Shown: piece after piece, positions 11,956-25,240 of the stretch
Position numbering within the stretch: position 1 is the stretch's first letter
Layout: each line of letters opens with the position of its first letter
Source: Camelus dromedarius
Taxonomy: Eukaryota
Direction of reading: 5' to 3'
Length of the DNA stretch: 64,000 nucleotides
Assembly: GCF_036321535.1 (NCBI RefSeq)
Contig: NC_087437.1
Span: 11,100,001-11,164,000 of the forward strand
The notes under the pieces: model-generated
What the model was told of the DNA's origin: nothing
The model's input: the letters and a program-made list of their open reading frames with translations, nothing else
The model's database searches: none
Program-made: the position numbers and the translations under genes

Positions 11956-13379
11956 TTTTAAAAACTATTAATTCCTTAAAAAGTTAATATCTAAAAGATT
12001 TTAAATGAGTAACATTACATACAGATACAAAATACTTAACTCTCTATACATGATCATGATGGTAGGGGCTCACGTTACATATAAAGTACACATATGCATC
12101 TCACCCTTATATATACTCAGATTTACAAATAAAAACTACCAAAAGCTTCATTCTATAAGCATCATAACATTTCATAATTTCCAAACACAATAAATACACA
12201 CCATTTCCTTCTGAATGCAGAAAGAGGTCACCTGCAGTACCCTGAAAGGGCAGGGGATCATAGGAATAGACCTTGTGGGTGGCCAAGCCTCTTAGGTAAA
12301 TCGAGGTTCAAGAGTTTGAAAGGCTCCAGCACAGATGGATGACCTTTAAGTTTCCTTCTAACGCTGCCACGCTATGAGAGCAGAAATGACTGACCCAGAA
12401 ACTGCGTCAACACGAGGTTAATACAAAAAGCAGTCGTTACAGCTCCTTGTACAGCCCCTACCCTAAGAAACTGCTGGAAAATAAAATTCAGCTGTGACCT
12501 ACTAATCGTTGGCTGATGTAAATGACTAAGAGAACGTGCTTAACAGGCAAAATCCAATGCAGTCTTAAATACGTACTGCTTTGCTTTCCAGGCTAATCAA
12601 TACCGTTGCTAGAGAATAAAAACATGGTCTGATCCACTCTGTAGAGAACACTGAGCTGGGTCAGTATTCTCTTGGAAGAGCCATCAGAAACAGCTACCCT
12701 ACGTTGCCAGTACTTCTGTTCTTCCCTCACAGACATCATTCTAGTTTTAAAATAGAACGTAACTTTTTTATGCAAACAGGAAAATATTAACATTGAAACA
12801 CTGTTAACTTCAAAAGGAGATATTATAGATCTTATTATGTAAGCATCACACGAGGAAAACTACACTGTGCATTGGTTTATGTAAACATCATGTACTGTGT
12901 GCAATGCTTTCTCTTACCCATATATGAATACATTTTATATATATAAACATACATTAAAAGAGTTTTGCAAACAATACCGCACATAATAAAATACAATAAG
13001 CAGATTCCAGCCTACCGCACTTTTATTCATTCAGTAAATATTTACTACAGTCTTACCCTAATGCCAGGCATTATGGACAAAGAAGGAGGCAAAACCAAAA
13101 CCTCAGGAATCTCAAAATCAATTAAAAATACCAATCCAAATCTTCCAAATTGCTAAATGAGAAACTGCAGGCTATGAATTAAGAAACAAAACAGCAAAAC
13201 CTAATTAAGAAATTAGCAGTGATGAATCACATTGCCAGAATCTTCTTTCCAAATGATTATTCCCACTTTACAATCAATTGCTCTTGACCAATGTTTCTCA
13301 CACCCCACATCTGGTCCAGCAATAAACCCTCTACCTTTGAAATGAAGTAGTCCAAGGCCCCGTCTTCTCTCACTGATCT

Positions 13380-13945
13380 CTCAAAGATGTCCATGACATA
13401 ATCCCCCAAATCTATGAGTATTCTACTTTACATGGTAAAAAAGGACTTTGCAGTTGCGATTAAGAACCTTGAGATGGGGAGATTATCCTGGACTATCTGG
13501 ACCCAATGTGATCACAAGTGTGTAAGAGGGAGACAAGAGTGTCAGAAAGTGAGAGATTTGATGATGCTATACTGCTGGCTTTCAAGATAAAGGGGTCAGC
13601 AGCCACGGAATGAAGCTGGAAGAGGGAGGAGGCAGAGTGGTAGAGTGTGTGCTTAGCATGCTCGAGGTCCTGGGTTCAATCCCTAGTACCTCCATTAAAG
13701 AAGTAATTAAGTAAATAAACCTAATTATCTCCTTCAACATCCCCCCAAAAATTAGAAGCTGGAAAAGGCAAGGAAATGGATTCTTCCCCAACGCCTCTAA
13801 AAGGAACATAGACCAACTAACTTGATTTTAGCCTAGTGAGATTTCTAACCTACAGAACTATAAGGCAACAAACGTGTGCAACGTGTGCTGTTTTAAGCCA
13901 GTAAATTTGCTGTAATTTGTTACAGTAGCTATAGGAAAGGAATAC
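13380..13945 (+). mobile_element. MaLR LTR (MLT1-type) with nested SINE
   Basis: ggactttgcagttgcgattaag...gagatggggagattatcctgg...tgttttaagccagtaaatttgctgtaatttgttacagtagc. Confidence 0.75.
13622..13754 (+). mobile_element. vic-1-like SINE nested in MLT1
   Basis: SINE body; TSD gaagctggaa at 13612-13621 and 13755-13764. Confidence 0.88.
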
Positions 13946-14040
13946 CACCTCCTACCTAGTCTCTGCTTCCACATTTTCCTTTTCTCCTTTTAGCCTCAAA
14001 GCTGCAATTCAAATCATCCTTTTAAAATGCAGGCCACATG

Positions 14041-14118
14041 GAAGGAATTTCCTCAGGGGCAGGGTGCATGGTCCTTGGTTCAATCCCCAGTACCCCCATT
14101 TTAAAAAGTTAATAAAAT
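14041..14118 (+). mobile_element. Degenerate short vic-1-like SINE
   Basis: ggttcaatccccagtacc; 17-bp TSD aaaatgca(g/a)gccacatg at 14024-14040 and 14119-14135. Confidence 0.75.
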
Positions 14119-15317
14119 AAAATGCAAGCCACATGAAGTCACCCTCCTGCCCAAAATCTTCCAATGGTTTCCAATCTCAGAAAGTTTGAAAACCCAGAGT
14201 CCTCCTGAGAACCTTCACCTCTTTGAAGCCATCTGCTACTTTCCCTGTTCCTGTATTAACGTGGACGTGCTCCAGCCTGGGCACTTCAAGGCTTTTCTCA
14301 AATGTTACTTCTCAAGAAGACTCATCCTGAACATTCCATGCAAAATCTCCACCCCAACCTCAACACTCCCTACCCCTTCCCCCCCTTATTTGTCCTTAGC
14401 ATCTTATCACAGAACATAATAATCTTACGTTTATTGCCTTTTCCCCAGAAGCTAGAATTTCTGCCACAACCACTGCTACATTCCTAGCTGGCACATAGTA
14501 GGCATTTGTTGAATCATGTAAGGGCTTTTACAATGGTAAAGCTGCAATTAAAAAAAAAAAAAAAGGAAAATACGAAATGGGGGTAAAAAATAACCAAACC
14601 CGCCGTTTTAGAAGACAAATGATTCTCTTAATCCTTCGCCACACTTACGCTTGGTATTTGTAAGAGAATTAAGCCATATGATTTACCAAAAATGAAAATA
14701 TTCTGTAGACGCAAAAAAGCTAATCAATCACTTTTTCGTCAATAAATAACGCAACACAAAACGCTTGCATTTTCTCGGCATTTTTTCCCTTAACACTTGC
14801 ACCTGCCAACCAGATCGTGGCACAAAAATATTTCGCTTTTCTAAAAACCCGTGGTCCTGACATAGCACGTCGAGGACAAGATCTATATGCAGGAGAGGCA
14901 GGGACCGCAGGGACCCGCAAAAACACCGAGCCGCCCGCATCACCCCCCTACCCACCGCCAAACCCTTTTTGGGGCAAAATCCCTCGGAGCTGGGCCTGCG
15001 GGAGCTGAGGCCCGAATCGCCCCGGGAGGCGGGACGCGGCGCCCACAGCGAAGCCCCCGTGACACGAGCGCCCCGTTTGGGCCCCAGAGGTCCTCGTCCG
15101 TCGGGGTAAAGCAGGGGGCCCGCGGCTGCCCCCCACGTGACCAGCCCGCAGCGCGTGAAGCGGCCCCGCAGGACGCTTCCTGACAGTCCTGCACACGGCG
15201 CAGACCCCGAGGAGAACGGCGCGCGGCCTGCGCGGCTCCACCGCGGGATTCGGCCGCCGGAGCCCCGCCCCCAACTTGCCTCCTCTCGGCAGCGGGACCG
15301 TCCGGACGCGCACTCAC

Positions 15318-15410
15318 CGAGACCTCACCGCTGACTGTCGCCCTTAGCCTGGCTCCTGCCACTCCAGTACGAACCGCGAGGAGCAGAGGGCGGGACCCTC
15401 CGCGAGGTTG
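15318..15410 (-). other. NKIRAS1: NKIRAS1 non-coding exon 1 (TSS approximate)
   Basis: Consensus donor TCG|GTGAGT at 15317-15312 inside the CpG island, divergent from RPL15. Confidence 0.7.
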
Positions 15411-15453
15411 CGCCCAATCCCGGCCGAACTCCGCCCACCAGGCTCTCAGCCGG

Positions 15454-15470
15454 AACTACATGTCCCATGA
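15454..15470 (+). promoter_or_regulatory. ZNF143/THAP11 (SBS) motif ACTACAnnTCCCA
   Basis: aACTACAtgTCCCAtga; motif known to be enriched at bidirectional promoters. Confidence 0.8.
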
Positions 15471-15552
15471 GGCTGTGCGCGGCCACCTCTCTCTACCGGA
15501 AACAGGCTCGCTGAAGTGGGGGAGGAGCGCAAAAGGGATTGTGGGAGAAAGG

Positions 15553-15584
15553 CTCTTTCCTTTTCGTTTGGCGGCAGCCATCAG
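15553..15584 (+). other. RPL15: RPL15 non-coding exon 1 with TCT initiator / 5'TOP
   Basis: ctCtttccttttc pyrimidine start typical of ribosomal protein genes; donor CAG|gtaggc at 15585. Confidence 0.88.
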
Positions 15585-16215
15585 GTAGGCTGTGTTGGGA
15601 TTTTCGCTACTCCATCCGCCGCGGATCTCTCTTCATGTGGGCCATCTAGGCTCGGGGACGCTGCGTCCTTGGAGCTCCTCCTGCCTCCTGTGCGGCGCGG
15701 GTTTGAAAGGGGTGCGGGGCAGCGCGGGTGTGGAAAGGCGGCCCCTGAAGCGGGCTGGGGGATGCTGTGATGGCGGCGCGAATTTGAGCTGGGCTCAGAG
15801 CGTGAAGGAAAGGGAGGGAGGGGTGGCCGGGCGGAGGGCGTCCTAGAGCGAGGCCGGCGGGCTGGGTGGAATATGCTTTTTTTCGGTAACAGTCCTTGGC
15901 GGCAGCAGCTAACCCGGAGGTCTTGGCAAGGCCTCTTTCAGGCCGGACCCTGGGACGCCGCCTGCCCCAGTCATCCGCCCCCTTGGTGCCCAAGGCTCGT
16001 TGCGCTCGTTCGTCCCGCAAAAACGTGTCGAGGGCCGCCCTGCGCTGCCTCCCGTGGGCGCGGAGGTGCAGGTTGAGCCGGCTGTGCCTTGCTGTTCGTG
16101 CAGAGCCATTTCATCGGCAGGGCTGTTCTCGTGGTTGGTGGGGAACTAAGATGGACGGACGGGGTCTTGTGCTTGAATGGATTATGTTTTTAACACCCGT
16201 TTATCTCCAAGGTGA

Positions 16216-16458
<243 letters not shown>

Positions 16459-16475
16459 TAGGAAGAAGCATTTGA

Positions 16476-16712
<237 letters not shown>

Positions 16713-17446
16713 TAGTGGGGAAGGATTAGAACGATTTTTCTGATGGTTAATTTGTACCTAGGTGAACCCTGTTGTGTTTAAAATGGGGCTGGTGATTTTT
16801 TTTCTTTTAACTTAGTGAAGAGTTGCTGTCGGAGACTCTTAGTCTTTGTTAGGAATCTCTTTGCTCATACGTAAGAAAGTGTTTTATGATTAGTGTGAAC
16901 CTGTGGAACGTACTTTTCTTAAAGGGCGGTAACTTTGTACTGAACTAGTAAATGAACTATGCTTTGTTGTAGAGGTTGACAAACAAGGGCCTGTTACTCT
17001 CCATGAGCTAAAAATGTCTTTTTAAAAGAAAACAAGGCTGTGCAGAAGAGACCATGGTGGGCTTCAAAGTTTTCAATAAAAGGTGGCTGACCTATTGTAG
17101 TAGAAAAATACGTTCCAGAATACTAAATTTGGTTAGCCAGATATTCCTAGCATTCATGCCTTAGAGAGGAGGTAGTCAGAATGGTTTGAAATCTAAGGAC
17201 GTTTGTGTGTTATTTTGTAGACAGTATGCCTTGTCATACTCCCTCCAGGAAGCGAATCAACCTTATGATATTTACATATGTTACAGTCTACCTTATTACA
17301 CTTGGTCCCAGCCTTTGGGAGATGCTTAGTAAATACTTGAGTTGTTTTAAGTGAGCAGCCTTAGTCTGATGTCTAAAGAGAATTGCTTCCTGATTGGATG
17401 CTAGGTTGTGTGGGAGGCTGACCTTGGGCCTTTTTTCCTGTTCTAG

Positions 17447-17752
<306 letters not shown>

Positions 17753-17781
17753 TATAAGTAATGTTTGTAAAATTCTTACCT

Positions 17782-17787
17782 AATAAA
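17782..17787 (+). terminator. RPL15: RPL15 proximal polyadenylation signal
   Basis: AATAAA about 30 nt after the stop, followed by a GT/T-rich element. Confidence 0.85.
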
Positions 17788-20069
17788 CAATTTAGGACAT
17801 TCATGTCTGCTTACAAGTGGTTTTTAATTTCTCTGTTAAAACTAGTCTGCAGATTGTTTCATGAATGCATTGTCAAATTATGAAAGTTAAAAGTGCAATA
17901 ATGTTTAAAGACTAAGTGATGGTGTATCTTGTTTCTAATAAGAGAAATGCTTTTGTCTTTGCTTTATCTTATTAGGGAGTTTATGTCAGTGTGTAAAATG
18001 CTGTTTGCTACAATAGATGTAAAATAAATTCTGTTAAAGAGGAAGTGCAGAAATTAACCCTGTAGATTTGTTGGTGCATGTGATGAAACCTACAGCTTTA
18101 TTGGGGTGATGCAATGCTCTGCTGGTTTACTCTAAAGTGGCTGACTTACGGAGTTTGGCAGAGACAAACTTTAAATTGGATTTTCCTTGGAAATGTGGAA
18201 GGTGTCCTGATCCTTTACCATATGTGGAAAAAGTTAACTAAGGGCCCACATTTTTAGATGTCATCTACTATTCCATTTATGTAACTGCCACTTCTGAAAG
18301 AAGAAAAAGAATGCCACTATTTTTAAGATAATTGAGTAAACCTGTTCAAAGAGAGTTCTCATCAAAATCTGGTTAAATTGCCTTGCCCTCCGTGGTACCA
18401 TTGATCACATAAAAGGTGGAAACTCCTGGTTCAATCTCATAAATAACTGGGATCTCTAGAATATTGAATTTCATGCAAAGTAGTAATGATATTTACACTG
18501 CTATGTATTGAAACTGATGAAAATTGAACATTAGGCGAGAAGGGAAATTACTAACCTTAAGGTTTGTAAACTGTAATGCCAGGATTGGGAAATTGGTGTT
18601 CGTTGATACCTTTTGATTGTGGGAGGATAGAAAAACCTAGATCAAAAACTTAAATGTTTTATCTGTAATACTACTTTGTGACCATTTTGAACCCTCTAAG
18701 CTATCTTAGAGGGGAAAATATGGTTGGTTTTGTTTAAAAGTAACATTGCTAAGTCTAATCAGATGTCATCTTGGGTCAAGCCACTTTATCCATTCCTCTA
18801 AGGCTATTGAGAAAAGTCATGTAGTTGGTGTCAATACAAGTTCATGGTTTCCAATCTAATTTTCTGTGTTGTCTACAGTTATTTTTCTCTTCCTGCTCAA
18901 ATGACCCTCAAGATCTCAACCATTCCACAAACTTGCCAGGCTACCAATTGTGCCCACTTTTTCAGCATAGCACCACATTTTGTTTGCATCATGGCTTCCA
19001 GTAGACTAGGCTTCTGTTTCCCAGGGTGGGTTTGAGTGTGCAGGAAATACGGAAAAAGGAATTGCCCCAATTCTTGGTTTGCTATCTTAATAGGTGGTTT
19101 AATTTTGAAATATAATTGCTGGTTTTCTTGAACCAATTTTTCTCGTATTTTCTTCAAGGGTCTTTTGAAAGGCTCACCTAAATGACTTCCCGAAAACATG
19201 TAGCAGGCTCACAAAACCTTGAGACCTAGATTCCTTCCCACCCACCTCAAAATAAAATCTTAAACCATATTTTGTGTGTTGTAGAGGTTCAACTATATAT
19301 ACAGAATAAATGTCATATTAAACAAATGGACCTGCTATCTTTTGTCGTCCGATGGATGCTTTAAAGCAAACCAAATAACCCACAAAAATAAAACACATGA
19401 TGGCAGAAACATTCAACAGCTTCAGGGAAAATGTGTAGTGCTTAATCTTGGGTTTTTGTTCCTTGGTTCTTTGGTCCTTGCATGAATTAGAAAAACTCAC
19501 TTTTTTCCCCAACTATTCAGAGTGCTAATTTAGGGAGGGGGAGGGTTGATTCAGACCAAAGGCCAGCATTAGGTATCTCCCAGAAGGGCTTGCTCCTGTC
19601 TTTGCTTACCCTGCAGTTAGTCTCCACACGCAGCTAGAGAGAGCGGGAAACTAAAGTCTATGAATATCTTCCATGATTTTCCCACTCTGCCACCACATGA
19701 TCGCGTGTCCTGCTGTTCTCATTCTGTGTCATCCCATCTTTCTGGCCGTTTCTCAGACACACCAAGCAATCCTTCTAATGCCTTTATGATGGGAAAACAC
19801 AGATACTTAATGTCACCAAAGAGGCTTTCCCAGACCACTCCACAAGCTGCTCCTGTGTAGTATTTCTAGAGCAGCAGATGATTAACACATACCCAAAAGG
19901 TTGTTAGAATTTTCTTTAGAATTAGAGCAAGTGGTTTCTTACAACCCCACAAGATGGAGGGTCTAATTTTAACTCACCCCCTTTGTCAATGAGCAAACAG
20001 ACAAAGATGAAGCGATTTGCTCAGGGTCACACAATGGCAGTCTAAATTCATGTCCTCCATATAAACTTA

Positions 20070-20570
20070 TTTTAAATTTTGATTAGGCAATACACTGACA
20101 TGGCTGAAACATCAAAAGATAAAAAAAAAGGTCTACAGGAAAAGTCTCCCTGCCCCCTAGTTTCCCCTTCTGTAGGAATCAGTGTGATCAGTTTTTTTTT
20201 CCCCCAATCAGGAGATACTTCAATAAATGTACAAATATAATACATATGTATTGTTTTCTTTTTTGCCCAAATGGTAAGATACTATACACATTGGTTTTTC
20301 TCATGTAGTTCTGCATCTTAGAGCTTATTCTGTATCAGTTTATGAAGGGCTTCCTCATTCTTAGTTGTGACTGCCTGGTATTCCATCATATGGATGTACC
20401 ATAATTTGTTTAATGTGGCCTCTGCTGATGAATATTTAAGAATTTTTTCCAATCTGTTGCTTTTATAAAAAGGTTTTTGCATATATCTTAGTTTACATTG
20501 TTCATAGATTTTAGCTATTGTTACTAGTGCTGCAGTGAACATCATTACTATATGTACAGGTTTCAACCTA
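20070..20570 (-). mobile_element. Ancient L1 3' fragment
   Basis: tattccatcatatggatgtaccataatttgtttaa; minus ORF has LNKLWYIHMMEY, like the L1 ORF2 tail. Confidence 0.6.
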
Positions 20571-23500
20571 TTTTTATACAGGAAAAATAAACCTAAAATA
20601 GAGACTCTTAGTAGGAAACTGATAAATTTTCAAAACAAAATCTGCTTCAAAGGTAGCATGGTTAGCCTGTACCTTTAAAGCTTATCATCAAAGCACTCAA
20701 ATTTAATGAAGCAGCTGGAACACACACTTCATAGCCCACTCTCAAATCCTGGTAATGGGCAACCCACCATCCATCCCCCAACCCAAACTGATTGATCATT
20801 TAATTTAATTGCTATGCTATGAAGATCTGAACTCGTTCGCTTGCAATTCTCCTTGTGATTTAAAGAGAGTTTCATTATTGGGCCGTCCTAGTTGGTTTAG
20901 ATACAGTAATTGATGGGTAATGTAATTATCAATCATCTAATCACTAAACTTTTTTCTATGAGACTGTAAACATACTGTTTAGGTTCCAGAGGTTGATTAT
21001 TAACTAAGCTAGGAAGTTTCACTTATCAGAAAGGAAAATTCAAAAAATGATCATCCCCATTAAAGAATTCAGTCCATTGGCTCCCAGTTGGATTCTGTGG
21101 GGAGGATCTGTTAGAATCCATTGCTGTCAACACATCCCAGTATTAACATTGTGATTAGAATGAAAAATGTTTAAATGCTCTGCCTCCCCCTCCCAATTTA
21201 GTAGTTCTTTAATGTGTCCATTCTTATTTAGCTTTTGAATGGGGTACAGTGGTACAATGACTGCTCATGGATTTGCTCCTCTGTGTCCCCACTCTGTTCT
21301 TGTCCTTCCCTCTCCTTACAGTCAGTGAACTGGAGGTCCTCAAAGTCAGACCAACAACAAAGCCCAGGACAAGACCACGAAGGGCCAACCCTAAAAGACA
21401 AAAACCACCACTAAAGGTGTTAGCTGCCAACTGAAAAGCTTTCCTAGCAGAACTCATCCTACAATGTAATAGTTGAAATTAACTTGTCTAAGGCCATGAG
21501 ACCACTGTTTTTATGTGACATGTAAAATACTTCTGAAGTTCTGAAAATACTTTCAGCAATAGCATTCTCATTGTTCCCAAATGGTGCTCTTCCTCCCATT
21601 ACTCATCATGAATGTCACCAGGTGTCAGAAAAGCCACTGCTTATTTTAATAAAATGAAACTTTCATCTCAAAGTCTGGTTTATTTGGAACAGGTTCCAAG
21701 AGGGGTTGGGGAGCTGGACTAGTCAAGATTCTTTTGACTTCCTAGGGCTCTTAGTGGTCACCACTGCCACCACCATGACCTCCCCTTAATACTCTGTAGA
21801 ATAACTGGGACCAGGAGACATTATTTCAAGAGGATTTTACTTGAATCTAAAAGGTAACAGGAAGGAAAGAACTAGGTATACATCAAACTAAATAATCTAG
21901 TTTTACAAGATAAGGAATACTTTTAGGGACTCACTTTGATGCCTCAAGCAAGCTTCTTTGTCTCTCTTGTGCCTGAATCTCCCATGATAAACATGAGGGA
22001 CAATGTGGTCCAGCAGTTAAGGGCAAGGATGCTGGAGTCAGACTGCTGGAGTTCAGCCTCCATTTCCTGGACCAGTCACCTCCAGCAAGTGGCTTCAAGT
22101 CTTTTAAGTATAAATTCTGTAATGTGTAAAGTAGGTAAAACAATACATCCAGACTTTGTCAGAATTTTTCCAATTCTGCCTGGGGAGAATGTCTATGTCT
22201 GACTTTGTAGAGAGAAATATTTCTATAGTGGAACAAAGGCACCTATTAGGTCAAGACAACTTGAGTGAAATTTCTCTTATGAGCCAGTTCCCTTCCCTCT
22301 AATTCTGCATTTCCCCAGGCAATCACTTAAACGGTAAGTCGGTCTTCCAGCTGGACCAGGAATAGCTCTGTTTCTGCAGACCATAGATCTGGATTGTCAG
22401 TTCATATATCACTGATTTAAAATGCTCTTATCTGAATAATATTAGTGCTCATTAACCCTCCAGTCCCTAATAATTGCTTAGTGAACTCACAAAAAGCTTC
22501 TAAACATATAAAGTGTTTTTAATTCCAATGTATGTCATAACTGACTTACATATAAAAATAAATCCTGTTGCATCTTGATATGACCTAGAAAGAAATTTTT
22601 ATACTAATATTTTTCCCTAAAGAAGTTGAAATTTGTGATAGAAGTGGATTCCAAATCAGGGATGTGTGTGCTAGTGGTTTATCACAGAAGTGCTCTCAAG
22701 GGAAGTTGACAGGGAAAGAGAAGCCAAGTCCCAGTGTGATTCCATCTTCCAGGGGGTGGTTTCTAACTGATTCCACCAGGGAACACTGGAGTAGAAGTTA
22801 TGCCTCGGGGTGTGTCTTGTAGTGAGGAAACTGGCTTTCACACTTCTGCACCGGTCGGTCAGTCATGGGTTGGGGCTCCCCTGGGAGAATGTGAGCATCA
22901 GGTAAAGTGGTACCTGTAGCTCCAGGGCGACCTCCCATGAAAGTCACAGGTAGCAGGTGGACAGAAGCTGAGGAGGACAGCACAGAAGCAGTAACAGGAT
23001 CTAAAGGGATCTGGGCACCGACAACATCTGTGTCAAAAACACAACGATTTCACTTTCCTCTCTCTCTTTTTTTTTTTTTTTATGAAAGCATTGTCATTAG
23101 CAATAATTTCTTCGGTCAACATTTCAAGTATAATAAAATCAATGAACAATTTTGGCTGAATTAACTAGCCTTGGATGTTTTGGAGCTATTCTTAAAATTT
23201 AACCAGGTTTAGGTAAATATTTCAATGAGGTGTTCAAAATACATTTATGCCTCCAGTGGGGGCATAATTACTTAATTACATACAGTCTCTCCTAGATACA
23301 ATGATTTTCTAATAGTTAACTAAATATTGTAATTTCTAGGCCAAGGATGTTAAAAAAAAAATCTTAAAATAAGTGAAAACATTCTTAACAAGCTTACCCT
23401 AAATCACTTTTCATTTTGAATAAGTAGTAAAACATGTTTGACTTCCTGGCTAATCAACTGTGGAGAGTATTGTAAGGAGTAGTAAGTTGCTTTAAATTCT

Positions 23501-24080
23501 TGACAATATTATTTAAGGGAATATTTAAAATATCAATTAAAAATTAATTCTAAAAACCATTTTCTAGATTACCTGTAAAATTATTTCTATCTTTAAATAT
23601 GCTTACAATATATGGGTCTCTCTAACTTCTTAAACATAATGCTAACAAACAAGAATTTTTTTTTAATTAGAGAAAATTTGAAAAATACAAAAAATAAAAA
23701 ATTACCTGAATTCCACCATTCAGAGAGAACCATGTTATTTGGTTTCTTCTCTTCTGGTTTTTTTTTTTTTTTTTTTTTTAACTAAAATGATAGAATTTCT
23801 ACCTTTCAAATGGTTGAATCGATAATTGATAGAACAGGTAATCTGGACAACTCCCCCTCCAAGGACATCTATACAATACATTTTCCATTTTTATAATATA
23901 ATATTATATATATTCACACACACATATATATATACACACATAAGGATACAAAATAAATATAAGTATATAAAATAAAGTGTATACACAGGTGACCCAGAGA
24001 GAAGACAGCATTCAGCTCTGCAGAGGCTCAGCAACACTGAGAGCTTCAGTGGGTTAGAGGGATAAAAAAAAAAAACATAG

Positions 24081-24250
24081 GAGAAGAAGAGGGTGTAGTG
24101 CAAGTTATAGAGTGCGTACTTAGCATATACAAGGTCCTGGGTTCAATTCCCAGCACCTCCTCTAAAAATAAAATGAATAAGTAAACCTAATTATACCCCT
24201 CAAAAAATTTTTTTAATTAATTAATTTAAAACAAATAAACAAACAAAAAC
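24081..24250 (+). mobile_element. vic-1-like SINE
   Basis: cttagcatatacaaggtcctgggttcaattcccagcacctcc plus tail. Confidence 0.85.
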
Positions 24251-24933
24251 GCGTAGTGACCCAGTTCCACCAAGCAGTATGAGAGGAGGGTCCTGCTAAA
24301 CCCTCCGCACTAGGATTGGAGTTGCCCCAAATCTATTCTCCACAAAGCAGCAAGAGTGACATTTTCTGCAACTAGCCAGATCATGGCACTCTTTTGCTCA
24401 AAACTCTCCAGTGACTTTCTGTCTCAGAGTAAAAGTTTTATAAAAAAAAAAAAATTTTTTTAAGGACAAAAAGACTACAAGACTCCTACAGTACCAGTTT
24501 TCAACCTTATTTTTGAAAGGACCCAACATCCTTTTTTTATAATAGGAATTTATAATGCTGTCTTTACTATCATGATATGAAATTTATATATAACTAATCT
24601 ACAAACAGAATTTCAGAAAAATCAATATAATGCCCAACTGTAATATGAAGGAGAAATCAAAGTGATCTATAATGAAACCATGTGTATTGCAGTATGTGAA
24701 TTCCTGCATACAACTCAATCAGAAGGTATTATGAAGTAGTAAGAAGGTGTTTATACCTTTATGCAGAATTAATGGAATACAACCTGATACAGGTGTGTAT
24801 GCTATCAGCCACTCAAATGCCTTTGGTGATCTGATTTCTGAACGGTTTAAAAACTCGGTAAAGTCCCCAACAAAGTCAACAAGCTTCTCTTCATTCGAAA
24901 GGTAACTACACTCCTAGAAAATACCATATACAA

Positions 24934-25059
24934 GGGGAAGGTATAGCTCAATAGTAGAGTGCCTGCCTAGAAAGGACAAGGCCCTGTGCCTCCATTAAAA
25001 AAATAAATAAATGAACCTGATTACCTCCCCCCAAAGAAGAAAAAAAAATTATTTTTTAA
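24934..25059 (+). mobile_element. vic-1-like SINE with internal deletion
   Basis: ggggaaggtatagctcaatagtagag; B box missing; TSD agaaaataccatata at 24916-24930 and 25060-25074. Confidence 0.85.
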
Positions 25060-25094
25060 AGAAAATACCATATAAAAATTGTAAAAAAAAGTTC

Positions 25095-25240
25095 GGGGAA
25101 GGTATAGCTCAGTGGTAGAGTGAGTACTTAGCATGTACAAGGTCCTGGGTTCAATCCCCAGTATCTCTGTTAAAAATAAATAAATAAACCTAATTATATC
25201 CCCCAAGGGAAAAAAAGACCAACCAAACAACAACAAAAGC
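25095..25240 (+). mobile_element. vic-1-like SINE
   Basis: Full A and B boxes plus tail. Confidence 0.9.

Noticed and set aside
16885..16945. Possible C/D snoRNA in RPL15 intron 3 (and GTGATGA...CTGA at about 18079-18144)
   Set aside because: Imperfect C box or 3'UTR location, no terminal stem, no recognisable rRNA guide.
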